Of a DNA stretch of 64,000 nt, positions 41,784 to 51,534 are shown in pieces. Every line of letters begins with the position of its first letter. The stretch's first letter is position 1. Source of the DNA: a virus (taxonomy: Duplodnaviria > Caudoviricetes); IMG/VR virus record IMGVR_UViG_3300031994_000071, positions 11,222 through 75,221 of that record; one strand, given 5' to 3'. The notes under the pieces were generated by a model. The model was not told the origin of the DNA. It made no database searches and saw only the letters and a program-made list of their open reading frames with translations. Position numbers and translations under genes: made by a program.

Positions 41784-42392
41784 ATGGAAGAAGGAATTTA
41801 TTACAAGAGAGGCTCCAAGTCAGATTTCGCTGGCGTGGAGATTCTTGGGGACGCAATGGTAATCCCCAGGGCGATTATCGAAGAGATTGCTTTCCATGAG
41901 AACTTGAAGGTCCAGGGAAAGAACGAACGTGAGCGCTGGACGTGCAAACTCCAGGGCATCGACAAGCCCATGCTGCTCAATGCCACGAACCGTAAGAGGC
42001 TTGCAAAGCGCTTCTGGGATACTCCCGTGGCGGACGGCACTCCGTGCCATGGCCGTCTGAATCTGCTGAGCGGCCTCGGCCTGGCTATCCGTCTGGATTC
42101 CGAGCCTTGCCGCGATCCGAGTGACGGTGAAATGACTGTCGGTCTTCGTGTGTCGAAGTTCGACCCGGACCCCGCTCCCGCTGCACCGGCCCCTGCGGCC
42201 AAGAAGGTCATCACCGAGGAGGTGATTGAGAAGACCGTGAAGTGGGCCAAGGAGAAGGGCCTTACCTTTGAACAGGTGGCCGAGAAGTTCGATTTCGCCA
42301 ACGAGACCGTAAAGGATGCCGTGCAGGATGCCATGACTCCCGAACCCCAGGCGCCTGCCGAGGAAAAGAAAGAGGACGATTTACCCGTATAA
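41784..42392 (+). CDS. Putative ssDNA-annealing/recombination protein
   Basis: KPMLLNATN motif; acidic DDLPV end; next to a YqaJ exonuclease. Confidence 0.6.
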   Translation: MEEGIYYKRGSKSDFAGVEILGDAMVIPRAIIEEIAFHENLKVQGKNERERWTCKLQGIDKPMLLNATNRKRLAKRFWDTPVADGTPCHGRLNLLSGLGLAIRLDSEPCRDPSDGEMTVGLRVSKFDPDPAPAAPAPAAKKVITEEVIEKTVKWAKEKGLTFEQVAEKFDFANETVKDAVQDAMTPEPQAPAEEKKEDDLPV

Positions 42393-42395
42393 CCT

Positions 42396-43154
42396 ATGGA
42401 TAAGGAATTTGAATGGAAGCAGAAGCGGTGCGGAATGATTACCGCTTCCGAACTTGGCTCAATCACGAGCAAAAGTGGAAAGATTATTGACGGATGCCTG
42501 TCTTACATCCGCTCCAAGCGCTTCGAGCGCAAGCATGGCTACACTCTGCCGGTTTCGGCGAAGACCATGGATATCGGCAACGAGCAGGAGCCGTATATCT
42601 ATCAGTGGGCCGTTGCGAACCTCGGCCTTCCCGGCCTGATTTACTCCAAGGACCTCGAAGAGATTCCTTTCTGGGTTGCTCCGGACTGCCCCATGGGCGC
42701 ATCACCGGATTCTTATACTCCGGACGAGCGCATTGTGGTTGAGTTCAAGTGCCTGGTGGGAAACACTGCCACCGAGTTCTTTGATGATGACTATACGTCC
42801 TATCTTGAGAAGAAGGAGGCGGTATGGGACGACCATGGCCCACAGATACTCGGCCAGTTCATTTCCCGTCCCTCTGTTGAGGAAATTTGGCTCGTGAAGT
42901 ACATCTATCAGAACGATGACATCATCGAGGATAACGACGATCCGAACGAGCATTGGCGTGGCACCGTATTCAAGTTCGCCAGGAAGGACTACGTGGAGTC
43001 CATTAAGGCTATGAAGGAGCGCATCCGTCTGTTTGACGCGATGATTGACGCCAAGATCAATCCTTCCGAGTTCAAGGTTGGCGAGTGGTCTGTTATTGAC
43101 GGTGAGTTGAAGCAGAGCATCGTCGAGAAGCCTGAAAAACCGAAGAAGAAATGA
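42396..43154 (+). CDS. YqaJ / lambda-exonuclease-family nuclease
   Basis: WKQKRCGMITASE, MDIGNEQEP, GASPD, VEFKC. Confidence 0.9.
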   Translation: MDKEFEWKQKRCGMITASELGSITSKSGKIIDGCLSYIRSKRFERKHGYTLPVSAKTMDIGNEQEPYIYQWAVANLGLPGLIYSKDLEEIPFWVAPDCPMGASPDSYTPDERIVVEFKCLVGNTATEFFDDDYTSYLEKKEAVWDDHGPQILGQFISRPSVEEIWLVKYIYQNDDIIEDNDDPNEHWRGTVFKFARKDYVESIKAMKERIRLFDAMIDAKINPSEFKVGEWSVIDGELKQSIVEKPEKPKKK

Positions 43155-43345
43155 GTACCCCTTGGACAGTAGAAGAACTGCTCGATCTTGATGCGAATTA
43201 CATCCGTGTCAATGACGTAAGGGCCGTTAAACTCCGTGAAATCCGTGATGGCGTTTATCGCGCCATCCGGATGCCCGGATGTTCGCTTGGCGATTATTTC
43301 CGTGTCCTATCTTGGGCGCATGACAAAGGATATGATGTGATATGA
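43151..43345 (+). CDS. Hypothetical protein
   Basis: ATGA overlaps. Confidence 0.6.
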   Translation: MSTPWTVEELLDLDANYIRVNDVRAVKLREIRDGVYRAIRMPGCSLGDYFRVLSWAHDKGYDVI

Positions 43346-43962
43346 GACAGTTGCTGAACAGAACTTCCGCGCCTACTGTGGTGCGCTTTTTTGACGTATG
43401 CTTCAAGCAGGGCGTTATTGATGCCTGCGTATTCGCAGACGATTACGGCGCACAGGAGTTTCTGAAACAGCATCGTGAAAAATGGGACTTCGGCGTCCTT
43501 GGCGAGCCAGACGATTACGACTGGGAGATGTGGCGGTTTACACTGTACAGGTGGGCACGGCAGCATCACTACATGAAGTTCTCGTCCGACTTCATTTATC
43601 GCATCGTAAACAAGACGTACCTTTGGTATTTCCTGCCGTATTGTATGCAGTTCTACCTGATGGGTATAGAGGAGTGGCTTGAGTACCCGAATCCCGTCAA
43701 GATGGAGATTTTCAAGGGTGAAAACCGTATCCATTGGAAGCCGGTGGAGCGGCATCTTCGGAAGATAACCACGGATGACACCATCTCGTACATGCAGGAG
43801 TTCTGTTACAACTTCCGCAGAAGTCCGCTCTCCGAGGGCGACGATAGGGTTATGAATCCGAACGCCCTGGACGCCTTCTGTCAGGCCATTCACGATTTAA
43901 CAAGGAAGTATGACACGAGGAAAAGGCTACGAATTAAGGAGTTCGCCAAAAAAGACCTTTAA
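43342..43962 (+). CDS. Hypothetical aromatic-rich protein
   Basis: 206-aa co-oriented ORF. Confidence 0.7.
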   Translation: MRQLLNRTSAPTVVRFFDVCFKQGVIDACVFADDYGAQEFLKQHREKWDFGVLGEPDDYDWEMWRFTLYRWARQHHYMKFSSDFIYRIVNKTYLWYFLPYCMQFYLMGIEEWLEYPNPVKMEIFKGENRIHWKPVERHLRKITTDDTISYMQEFCYNFRRSPLSEGDDRVMNPNALDAFCQAIHDLTRKYDTRKRLRIKEFAKKDL

Positions 43963-44284
43963 GCCCCAGCACGATTTCCCTGGCGATCCGTGGCTTGATT
44001 ATATCCTGCTGCCATACGGTGCCTTCTATGAGAAGACGAGGGTTTTCCTGGAGGCGAAGAACGGTGACGTGATGCAGTTCTCGGATGGGCCTGAGGTGCT
44101 GATTGACTCAGTGACCTTGGTGGAGGGCGAAAGGATGTGTGACGTATTGTGCCGGATTAGGTACGGAGTGAAATTTAAGGTTGCCTTCAACCAATGGCTG
44201 AGATACGCGAGGATTGAAGGCCATGGTAAGGATATTTTGGTTCCAGATAAGTGCATAATGGTTGTGTATGGCAAAAAGAAGTGA
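43910..44284 (+). CDS. Hypothetical protein (start uncertain)
   Basis: Co-oriented ORF. Confidence 0.6.
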   Translation: MTRGKGYELRSSPKKTFKPQHDFPGDPWLDYILLPYGAFYEKTRVFLEAKNGDVMQFSDGPEVLIDSVTLVEGERMCDVLCRIRYGVKFKVAFNQWLRYARIEGHGKDILVPDKCIMVVYGKKK

Positions 44285-44522
44285 AGAATGGAAGAGACGC
44301 AGGGCCGACGTGTTGCCAGGGCGTCTTGATTGGGCAAAGAAGCGGTTTGCGCAGGCCGGGATTCCTCTTGTGAAGGAAAGCGACATGGCGCTGATTGTAA
44401 GGGTGCGGTGTCACAATGTAACGTACTATCCGTTTACGGGCTGGTTCTTTGGCAAGGGCATCAAGGATGGTCGTGGCCTCGAAAATCTGATTAAGCAATG
44501 CCAAGCAGGAGATCATCAGTAA
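44262..44522 (+). CDS. Conserved hypothetical protein
   Basis: VTYYPFTGWFFGKGIKDGRGLENLIKQ. Confidence 0.75.
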   Translation: MCMAKRSEEWKRRRADVLPGRLDWAKKRFAQAGIPLVKESDMALIVRVRCHNVTYYPFTGWFFGKGIKDGRGLENLIKQCQAGDHQ

Positions 44523-44851
44523 AGCAGGCACCCGCCGTGGTGCCGCCGACGTATTACAGGATCCAAGCGAAGTTCGCTCCGGACATCTTCTTCCCGTCCA
44601 ATGCTCTGGAGGATAGGTTCTGGAAGCGGTCTGGCAACGAGAACGTGCGGTTTACGACCTTGGACGATAAGAACTGCATTCCGAAATTCATAAGAACAAC
44701 CAACAACCGGGATGGAGAATACGATAGTGATTTTGACAATTTTTGTCAACGGATGTTCGGCCTGCCGTTCGTGAACATCAAATCAATGTGGATATCACGT
44801 TTGGGGAAGGTGGATTACTATTGGCATTGGGTGAAACTTGTTGAGGAATAA
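44498..44851 (+). CDS. Hypothetical protein
   Basis: TAATG coupling to the helicase. Confidence 0.65.
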   Translation: MPSRRSSVKQAPAVVPPTYYRIQAKFAPDIFFPSNALEDRFWKRSGNENVRFTTLDDKNCIPKFIRTTNNRDGEYDSDFDNFCQRMFGLPFVNIKSMWISRLGKVDYYWHWVKLVEE

Positions 44852-46338
44852 TGGAATTACGAGACTATCAGAAGGAAAGTGTTGACGAACTGCGGGTTGC
44901 TCTCAGGAGTTACCGGCATGTAATCTTTCAGTTACCCACCGGAGGAGGGAAGGGTGTCGTGATTGGTGCCGTATCGTCCATGGCGCTGAGCAAGGGGAAT
45001 CGCATCCTTATCCTTGCCCACAGTGAGGAAATCATAAAGCAGGATGCCGCCCACTGCGGAAGATGGGGTGCCGAAACGGCTGTTGTGTTGTCCAAGACAA
45101 AGAAGGCCCCCGGTGCGCCATGCGTGTGTATGATGGCCCAGACGGCCCGGCAGCGCGTGAAGAAGGATGACTGGCTGCGGTGGTTCCGTGGTTTCAAGAT
45201 GATCATTCTGGATGAGTGCCACAGGGCTGAATTTGACTTTGTTTTTGATATCGTGTTGTCAGAAACATACGTAATCGGCCTGTCGGCCTCACCGGCCAGA
45301 TATGGGAGCCAGCGTCAACTCGGCTTGGACTATGAGGCCATCGTTACCGGCCCGACAGTGCAAAATCTGATAGATCTTGGCTTCCTTTGTAAATGCCGCC
45401 TCTTCTCGCTTGATGCCCCGAGGATGGATGATGTCGAGTGGTCCGCTGGCCGTGGCGACTACAATCTGAGCCAGATGGCCGACAAGTTCAAATCACAGGC
45501 CAGGTATGTCGGCGCCGTGGAAAACTACCAGCGCATCTGTCCGGGCGAGAAGTGTCTGGTGTTCTGCTGTTCCTCCGAGCAGACTATCCAGGTGACAAAG
45601 GCATTCTGTGAGGCCGGGATTGATGCCAGGTATTGCTTGTCGGGAGACTTTGATGAGGATGAGGAGTACAGCGGCGAGCGTAAGGACGTCATAGATGGGT
45701 TTGCGCGTGGCGATTTTCCGGTCCTGGTCAACTTTGGCCTGTTTACTACCGGCCTGGACATACCGGATATCAAAGTCGTGATGCTCATGTTTTCCACTAC
45801 CTCCCTCGTCAAGTACCTCCAGTGCCTTGGTCGTGCCAGCCGTCCTGCTCCTGGGAAGAACGGTGAGTTTATCTGCATGGACTTCGGCTTGAATTTCGAG
45901 CGCCTTGGCCGATACGAGGATGACAGGGAGTGGGGCGTGTGGCATAAGCCAGGGGCCGGTGGCGGAGTGGCGCCAACGAAGATATGCCCGCAGTGCCAGA
46001 AGATGATTGCGGTTCAGTATTCGGACTGCCCATTCTGCGGCTACCACTTCCCCACGAAGCAGGAGACTTTCCGGGCCGAGTTGCAGGAGATTGTTGACAA
46101 GAGGAATTACGATCGAAAGCAGACCGTGGAAGAGTATGTGGCCCAGATGAAGTTGCAGGGGAAGAATACGAACTGGATTCTTGTGCAGGTCTGCATACTG
46201 AACAGCAAGGAGAAGAAGGCCGCATTCCAGAGGGCCGCAAAGGTCCTGGGATTGAATCCCAAATACTACTACTTTTTCAGCAAGAATATATTAAGCAAGG
46301 TGAAAATCACCGAAGATTCAGATCCAAAATTATTGTAA
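44851..46338 (+). CDS. SF2 DEAD/DEAH-box helicase with Zn finger
   Basis: LRDYQ, LPTGGGKG, LDECH, GLSASP, TTGLD, QCLGRASR, CPQC..CPFC. Confidence 0.95.
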   Translation: MELRDYQKESVDELRVALRSYRHVIFQLPTGGGKGVVIGAVSSMALSKGNRILILAHSEEIIKQDAAHCGRWGAETAVVLSKTKKAPGAPCVCMMAQTARQRVKKDDWLRWFRGFKMIILDECHRAEFDFVFDIVLSETYVIGLSASPARYGSQRQLGLDYEAIVTGPTVQNLIDLGFLCKCRLFSLDAPRMDDVEWSAGRGDYNLSQMADKFKSQARYVGAVENYQRICPGEKCLVFCCSSEQTIQVTKAFCEAGIDARYCLSGDFDEDEEYSGERKDVIDGFARGDFPVLVNFGLFTTGLDIPDIKVVMLMFSTTSLVKYLQCLGRASRPAPGKNGEFICMDFGLNFERLGRYEDDREWGVWHKPGAGGGVAPTKICPQCQKMIAVQYSDCPFCGYHFPTKQETFRAELQEIVDKRNYDRKQTVEEYVAQMKLQGKNTNWILVQVCILNSKEKKAAFQRAAKVLGLNPKYYYFFSKNILSKVKITEDSDPKLL

Positions 46339-46339
46339 T

Positions 46340-46669
46340 ATGGTAGTTCATGAAAACACATGGCCATGGGGCCAAAGTCTTGATTTCATAGCCGATGGCG
46401 GACATGGCTGTGTATCAGTATCGTTTGAAAAATCGAATCCTGGAGTTGCGTATATTTCTGGACTCAGCGTGATTCCACAGTACAGAAGGAACGGCATCGC
46501 CACGAGGCTTTTGGAGCGTTGTGAGGACGAGTGTAAAAGTCGTGGAATTTTCCGGATAGACCTCAACTCGGTCATGGAGCCTTTCGTTGTATCGTTCTAT
46601 GAAAAGCATGGCTTCACGAGGATTCGCGAGCAGGATGACATGATTCTTATGTACAAAATCATAAGGTAA
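46340..46669 (+). CDS. GNAT-family acetyltransferase
   Basis: ISGLSVIPQYRRNGIATRLL and SFYEKHGF motifs. Confidence 0.9.
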   Translation: MVVHENTWPWGQSLDFIADGGHGCVSVSFEKSNPGVAYISGLSVIPQYRRNGIATRLLERCEDECKSRGIFRIDLNSVMEPFVVSFYEKHGFTRIREQDDMILMYKIIR

Positions 46670-47073
46670 TGGCAACGACACCGACACCGCCGAATCCGTA
46701 CAATAAGAGGCACCGGCAGGCGCCAGAAATGATAATCCAGGCCGCTTGCGTCAAGGCGGCTTGGAATGATTTTCCCGAGACCAGGAACCTCCTGTTTCAT
46801 GTCGCAAACGAGATGGACGATGGCGGAAGCGGCTACCTGGGTGCCAGGCGTCGTGCGGAAGGCATCGTCAGGGGCGTTTCCGACCTCATCCTGCTCATTC
46901 CTCGCGGTGGATATCACGGTCTCTGTATCGAATTGAAGACGGATACCGGCTATCAGTCACCATACCAAAAGGCTTGGGAGGCTGCTGTTAAAGCACAGGG
47001 GTACATGTATGTTGTTGTGCGGTCCGAAGAGGAATTTCGCAGGGTGTTAAGGGATTATCTCAGTAAAAAGTAG
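46669..47073 (+). CDS. VRR-NUC nuclease
   Basis: LFHVAN, GVSDL, LCIELKT..GYQSPYQKAW, GYMYVVVRS. Confidence 0.92.
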   Translation: MATTPTPPNPYNKRHRQAPEMIIQAACVKAAWNDFPETRNLLFHVANEMDDGGSGYLGARRRAEGIVRGVSDLILLIPRGGYHGLCIELKTDTGYQSPYQKAWEAAVKAQGYMYVVVRSEEEFRRVLRDYLSKK

Positions 47074-47081
47074 TATCTTTG
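47074..47081 (+). promoter_or_regulatory. Primary-sigma -7 element 7 nt before ATG
   Basis: TATCTTTG-tcgcact-ATG. Confidence 0.6.
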
Positions 47082-47088
47082 TCGCACT

Positions 47089-47715
47089 ATGGCTAAAGGA
47101 ATGATACCGTTAAGGCCGGAGAACTATGCTGCAACCGGCCTCACCCAAGAAGAACAGACGTGCTTAACCTGGCACGTTATTTCTGGCTGTACGCGCAGGG
47201 ATGCTTTCATCGCCTTCGCCCGTCCAGACATGCTCAACTCCAGAGCGCAGGCTGCTATTGACGAGTATGTCCGTCAGTTCTTCGCCAGGAAGGAGGTAAA
47301 GGAATACCTGGTGGCCTACCAGACCACGCTGGATAATTTCCTGAACCCAGCCAAGGACTTGAAGCCGTTTGCCCCAGAGTTATCCCTGGAGGAGAGGAAG
47401 GCGAAGTCCAAGGAAAAACTCACCGAATTCTCCATGTCCCTTATCCAGAACATCGACCAGGCAAAGGACCCTGAGATGGTCATGAAGTTGGCCGATAAAA
47501 TCGGACTACTGGACATTGACGAGAAGGCGCCGGAGGAACCTCGCCGGTATCTTCCCGTCTCCTGCGGCCAGTGTGCATACCGTCAATTCTGCGAGGAAAA
47601 TACGGAGGACATGTGCAAATTCTGTAAATATCACCATGAATGCGAGCAGCATGGCATACATTTTGATAAAGAAGAGATGTTAGACATTCAAATAAAAACC
47701 GAAGATGAAAAATGA
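47089..47715 (+). CDS. Hypothetical, candidate terminase small subunit with Cys-rich C-terminus
   Basis: N-terminal HTH-like segment, coiled middle, CGQC..C....C..C...C tail; own promoter. Confidence 0.5.
   Translation: MAKGMIPLRPENYAATGLTQEEQTCLTWHVISGCTRRDAFIAFARPDMLNSRAQAAIDEYVRQFFARKEVKEYLVAYQTTLDNFLNPAKDLKPFAPELSLEERKAKSKEKLTEFSMSLIQNIDQAKDPEMVMKLADKIGLLDIDEKAPEEPRRYLPVSCGQCAYRQFCEENTEDMCKFCKYHHECEQHGIHFDKEEMLDIQIKTEDEK
47652..47666 (+). promoter_or_regulatory. sigma54-like site (TTGA variant)
   Basis: TGGCATA-CATT-TTGA, 39 nt before ATG 47705. Confidence 0.5.
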
Positions 47716-48058
47716 AGTAACAGGGCGAATTACCCAAGTCCTCCCGCTTGAACGGGGAACGAGTCAGCGTGGAGAATGGCTCTCCGCAAAAGTTGTAATC
47801 GAGTATGAGTCTGGGCGCTATAACAGCACTTTGTGCCTTGAGTGCCGCAACAACCGTGCCGAGGAATTCTCGAAACTCCGCGCTGGTCAGAAGGGTACCT
47901 TCTACTACGATGTGACGAGCCGTGAATACAACGGAAAGTGGTATCACAACGTGAACTGCTTCGACTGGAAGATTGAGGGCGCTGCCGCTCCTGCACCTGC
48001 TCCCGCTCCGGCGCCTGGCAACAACGGTGCCGCATCCACTGACGGCGATCCGTTCTAA
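47705..48058 (+). CDS. DUF3127-like OB-fold ssDNA-binding protein
   Basis: GRITQVLPLERG...W, SREYNGKWYHNVNCFDW, acidic DPF tail. Confidence 0.85.
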   Translation: MKNEVTGRITQVLPLERGTSQRGEWLSAKVVIEYESGRYNSTLCLECRNNRAEEFSKLRAGQKGTFYYDVTSREYNGKWYHNVNCFDWKIEGAAAPAPAPAPAPGNNGAASTDGDPF

Positions 48059-48090
48059 ACGTTCTAAAACCTTGCTTGCGTGTCATTCTT

Positions 48091-48121
48091 TTTGGAATGG
48101 CACGCTTTTTGCTTATATTTG
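48091..48121 (+). promoter_or_regulatory. Nested primary-sigma and sigma54 promoters with no downstream ORF
   Basis: TTTG(48091)-N19-TATATTTG(48114) enclosing TGGCACG-CTTT-TTGCT (48098-48113). Confidence 0.7.
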
Positions 48122-48158
48122 TATCGGATTTTCTAAAATGGTTATAGAATTAGGAATG

Positions 48159-48188
48159 AAAAAGGGCCGCTGTGAAGCGCCCCTTTTT
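48159..48188. terminator. Bidirectional terminator between converging blocks
   Basis: AAAAAGGG-CCGC-TGTGAA-GCGC-CCCTTTTT. Confidence 0.75.
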
Positions 48189-48190
48189 CT

Positions 48191-49777
48191 TTACTCCTGG
48201 ATTGTCCGTCCAGCGCTGCTGTTGCTGACTCCCGGTTTACTTGGGTTGGTCTCCTCACCGGATGTCCCGGTATCAACTCCATATTGTGCCTTGACCTTCG
48301 CGGGAATCTCGGACTTGATTTGCAGTTCATATTCCCACTCTTCCTTGATCTTGCCGTAGTCACCGACATGCTGGGAGCCGAGGTCTTCCATAGCGGCCTC
48401 GCGGGATTTGATGCGGGCGTACACCTGGTCGCATTCATTCTTGACCTGCTCGGCGACATTCTGCGGCATCCAGATGTTCGGCCCGACGGAAACGCGGAGT
48501 TTCGCGTAACGGTCGGGATTTCCTTCCTCAACACCCACCAATGCTATGATGACATTGATAAGGTCGCGGACACCCTTAAAGAACTGGGGCCATACGTTCT
48601 GGCACCACTGAATCTCCGGAGCGAACATAATCTTGATGGTCGTGCTGGAGTCTGCGCCCTGCTTGAGCACGTCCGGCTCCACGAATACAGACATGCAGGT
48701 ACGGACGATGTTGTTCCAGAGGTTTTCCAGGTGGATGGTCGCAACGTTGCTGGCATCCGGCGGGTCCAGGAACTTCGCATCGCTATGGGCGAGCGCGTCT
48801 GCGCTGCCCTTCACGCCGATGGTCTTGCCGTTCATTTCGGAAGGCGGCAGACTTACCAGTTTCTCGGTCTTGAGGAACAGGATCGGGAAGGCGGTGTTCT
48901 TCATTTCCTCGGACATGTAGGAACAGGCATCCTCCAGGGCCTCGATGGAGAGTTGGGCCGGGCCGGTAGGAATATCGTCAACGCGGAAATAGATGCACTG
49001 AACGCGCCGCCCGGCCTGGTTGGCTACCTTCTTCACGAGGACGTAATCATCCTCGCTTTTGGTGCGGCCTTCCTTCGGGATGATGGAATCGTCATCATCG
49101 TCGAGGACCATCCACGTTTCCATGCCGTCCGGCGTGAAGATGTCAACGGCTGCGTGGTTGTCGAACGTGTACTTCCTGGCCACGATGGTTTTTCCGTTGA
49201 TGTCGGTCTTCGGGTAGAGTACGGAACCCTCCTCGTATCCGAATACCTGGTAATCAATGCCGTTCTCGTCACGGTACACATAGATGGCGCCGTCTCCTGT
49301 GCGGAATACCGAGCGGACGAGTTGGATCCAAGCGGCCTTGTTGATACCGGACATGTCAAGCCAGGATATTACCTTGTCAAAAGCCTCCTTATCCTCGGTC
49401 TCATTGGCAATCCAGAATCCGTCACCGGCGAAGTGGGAGATCTTCTTTCCGATGATGCACTCCTGGATGCCGAGGGCAACCGTCTCGACGTCATCATATC
49501 CGACGAGTTCCCATTTGGTCCTTCCCTTGGAATCCTTGATGCCGGTGTCCTTGAAGATAGGGCGCTTGGACATGTACTTGGAGTTTATGTCGTGGGCGCT
49601 TGGAGTGATCTCATTAAGGAAGTCCTCCTGCCGCAGAGTGATAAATGTACCGGCTGGCGGTACCACTGTGCGGCGCTTGTTCCTTCCTTTCTGATTCTGC
49701 TCCAAGACGGGTGCCCCGACAAGGCGGCGAGTCCACAACCGCTTTTTCGAGTCGTTAATGTAATCAGAAATTCGCAT
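48191..49777 (-). CDS. Portal protein
   Basis: 528 aa downstream of terL; FRTGDGAIYVY, SPP1-portal-like layout. Confidence 0.8.
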   Translation of the reverse strand: MRISDYINDSKKRLWTRRLVGAPVLEQNQKGRNKRRTVVPPAGTFITLRQEDFLNEITPSAHDINSKYMSKRPIFKDTGIKDSKGRTKWELVGYDDVETVALGIQECIIGKKISHFAGDGFWIANETEDKEAFDKVISWLDMSGINKAAWIQLVRSVFRTGDGAIYVYRDENGIDYQVFGYEEGSVLYPKTDINGKTIVARKYTFDNHAAVDIFTPDGMETWMVLDDDDDSIIPKEGRTKSEDDYVLVKKVANQAGRRVQCIYFRVDDIPTGPAQLSIEALEDACSYMSEEMKNTAFPILFLKTEKLVSLPPSEMNGKTIGVKGSADALAHSDAKFLDPPDASNVATIHLENLWNNIVRTCMSVFVEPDVLKQGADSSTTIKIMFAPEIQWCQNVWPQFFKGVRDLINVIIALVGVEEGNPDRYAKLRVSVGPNIWMPQNVAEQVKNECDQVYARIKSREAAMEDLGSQHVGDYGKIKEEWEYELQIKSEIPAKVKAQYGVDTGTSGEETNPSKPGVSNSSAGRTIQE

Positions 49778-49789
49778 AGCCTATGTAAA

Positions 49790-51532
49790 TTAAATCCAAA
49801 CGACGGAGCGTCCTCCGCCATAATCTTGAAATAGTCCTGAGTACGCCGAATCGTCAATTTCCTTTTCCGGCTGCTTCTTCGGCCTCGCGTCAAGTTCAAA
49901 GACTGCGCGATAAGTGAACGGGTCCATGAGGCCGGGGGATTCGTGGAACCTGGCGATATACTCGTCCTTGCTCCGGTAGAGGATCTTCTTGTTTTTCTGC
50001 CCCTTGATGAACACGTTTTTCTCGTTGTAGAGAATATCTATGATGCGGCGCTTGCCGCCCTTTTTTCCATAGGGAATCTGCATATTGAGGTCCAGGGTCG
50101 TGCAGAAGAATCCGGTCTTGAACAGGACCTCGGTTTTCGCAAGGAGTTGCGAGCGCAGGTTGAAGTATTGTTCGATGGTGACAGGGTTTCCCTGCTCATC
50201 GTATTCCTGCATCGGCGTTTTGTTCGGAGTGATTGGAATGCCCTCCTTGAATGCGGTGAGGTAGTATCCGATGCCGGTGGCATCAAACGCAAAGTTCTGT
50301 CTCGGCACGCCCCAGTGGTCCAATTTTTGGTCAATCCAGTCGAGCAGTTGCTTCGGGTCCCCACGGAATGCCTCAACGCCTACCCAGCAGTTGCCCTGGA
50401 AGATGAGCATGAGGTTATCATCGCTCTTGAGTTTACCGCCAGACACGTCCATGGTGGCGTACATGTTCTCATCGCTATTTCTCGGGTTGGTCTCCATGGC
50501 CCGGAAGTCTGCGTCCGCGACGCCAACGGACTCATCGTCGGTCGGCCCGAAATAAGCCTCAGCAAGGACGGCACGCTGAGCGGCGCCTACGTTGTGAAGG
50601 TTCGCCACGGATTGTCCCCTGGTTGCGGCCACAAGTTTTCTGTTGCCTGCGGCGGAGCCGGTGAACAGGACGAAGGATTTCACCATGTCGGCCTCGGTCA
50701 GTCCTGCTGCGCGGTCATCGTCGCTGATTCTGATGTGGGCGGCCTCAACCACTTCCTCCTTGGAATCTCCCCAGACAACCGCCGTCGGATCATCACCCTT
50801 GATATAGAAGTAGCGCTTTTTGCCATCCATTTCCGGGATGATGTACCAGGTCTTCGGGTTGATGTATCCGCCGGTGATGAGGAACTGGGTTGTCCAGTGT
50901 CCGTATTTCGGGTTGAAGGACAGTACCATGCAAGGCTCTACGCCTGACGCATCACGGTTACGCGAGAACATGTATGCGAACATCCTGAACTGCTCGATGG
51001 CCGTGGCCTCGTCGATTCCGATGTAAGCGGCCTGCTGCTTTTTGATGTACTCCTGGAACTCGTCCCACTCCTTCGGATTCTCCGGATTAAAGTTCGCGTG
51101 AATCATCTGGATAGCGTTGTTCCAGATTGGCCATGCGAACGTAGGTAGTTCTCCGGTTGTTGTTTCGCAATGTGAGAATTCGCCCCAGACGAATGAGGCG
51201 TCACGGTGCATGGACGTACCCTTGGCGGAGTCCAACTTACGCACGTTGATGAGACGCCCGGTGTATCCATACTTACCGACACCGTTTAATCCCTTGAGCA
51301 TCATGCCGAACGTCTTCCCGGAAGTTGCCTGTCCGCAAATAAATATAAGATTCGCCTCGCACTTGCACAGGTTTTCCTGGAGGCCCTCCTGCGGGATGAG
51401 GTCGATTCCGTCCCTCAGCACGAAATCTCCCACTTTGTCCCATCCCTTATCTTTGACTGTGGCTATTTTCCGCTCGACGTGTTCGTATCGCTCGGGAAAT
51501 GCTATATCGGTATGGATCAGTTTGAACATCAC
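49790..51532 (-). CDS. terL: Terminase large subunit
   Basis: LIPQEG-Q motif, GQATSGKT (Walker A), IGIDEAT (Walker B), LSFNP, ATMDVSG nuclease domain. Confidence 0.92.
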   Translation of the reverse strand: MMFKLIHTDIAFPERYEHVERKIATVKDKGWDKVGDFVLRDGIDLIPQEGLQENLCKCEANLIFICGQATSGKTFGMMLKGLNGVGKYGYTGRLINVRKLDSAKGTSMHRDASFVWGEFSHCETTTGELPTFAWPIWNNAIQMIHANFNPENPKEWDEFQEYIKKQQAAYIGIDEATAIEQFRMFAYMFSRNRDASGVEPCMVLSFNPKYGHWTTQFLITGGYINPKTWYIIPEMDGKKRYFYIKGDDPTAVVWGDSKEEVVEAAHIRISDDDRAAGLTEADMVKSFVLFTGSAAGNRKLVAATRGQSVANLHNVGAAQRAVLAEAYFGPTDDESVGVADADFRAMETNPRNSDENMYATMDVSGGKLKSDDNLMLIFQGNCWVGVEAFRGDPKQLLDWIDQKLDHWGVPRQNFAFDATGIGYYLTAFKEGIPITPNKTPMQEYDEQGNPVTIEQYFNLRSQLLAKTEVLFKTGFFCTTLDLNMQIPYGKKGGKRRIIDILYNEKNVFIKGQKNKKILYRSKDEYIARFHESPGLMDPFTYRAVFELDARPKKQPEKEIDDSAYSGLFQDYGGGRSVVWI

Positions 51533-51534
51533 CG

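Noticed and set aside
42170-48015. Ala-Pro repeats (42170-42200, 47985-48015) as DNA repeat elements
   Set aside because: Ordinary flexible linkers before acidic C-terminal tails of ssDNA-binding or annealing proteins
48284-49834. 516-aa plus-strand ORF (also 52421-53794 minus, 49943-50947 plus, 35918-36868 minus and similar)
   Set aside because: Antisense shadows of real genes caused by strong C/G third-position bias; no motifs or start context
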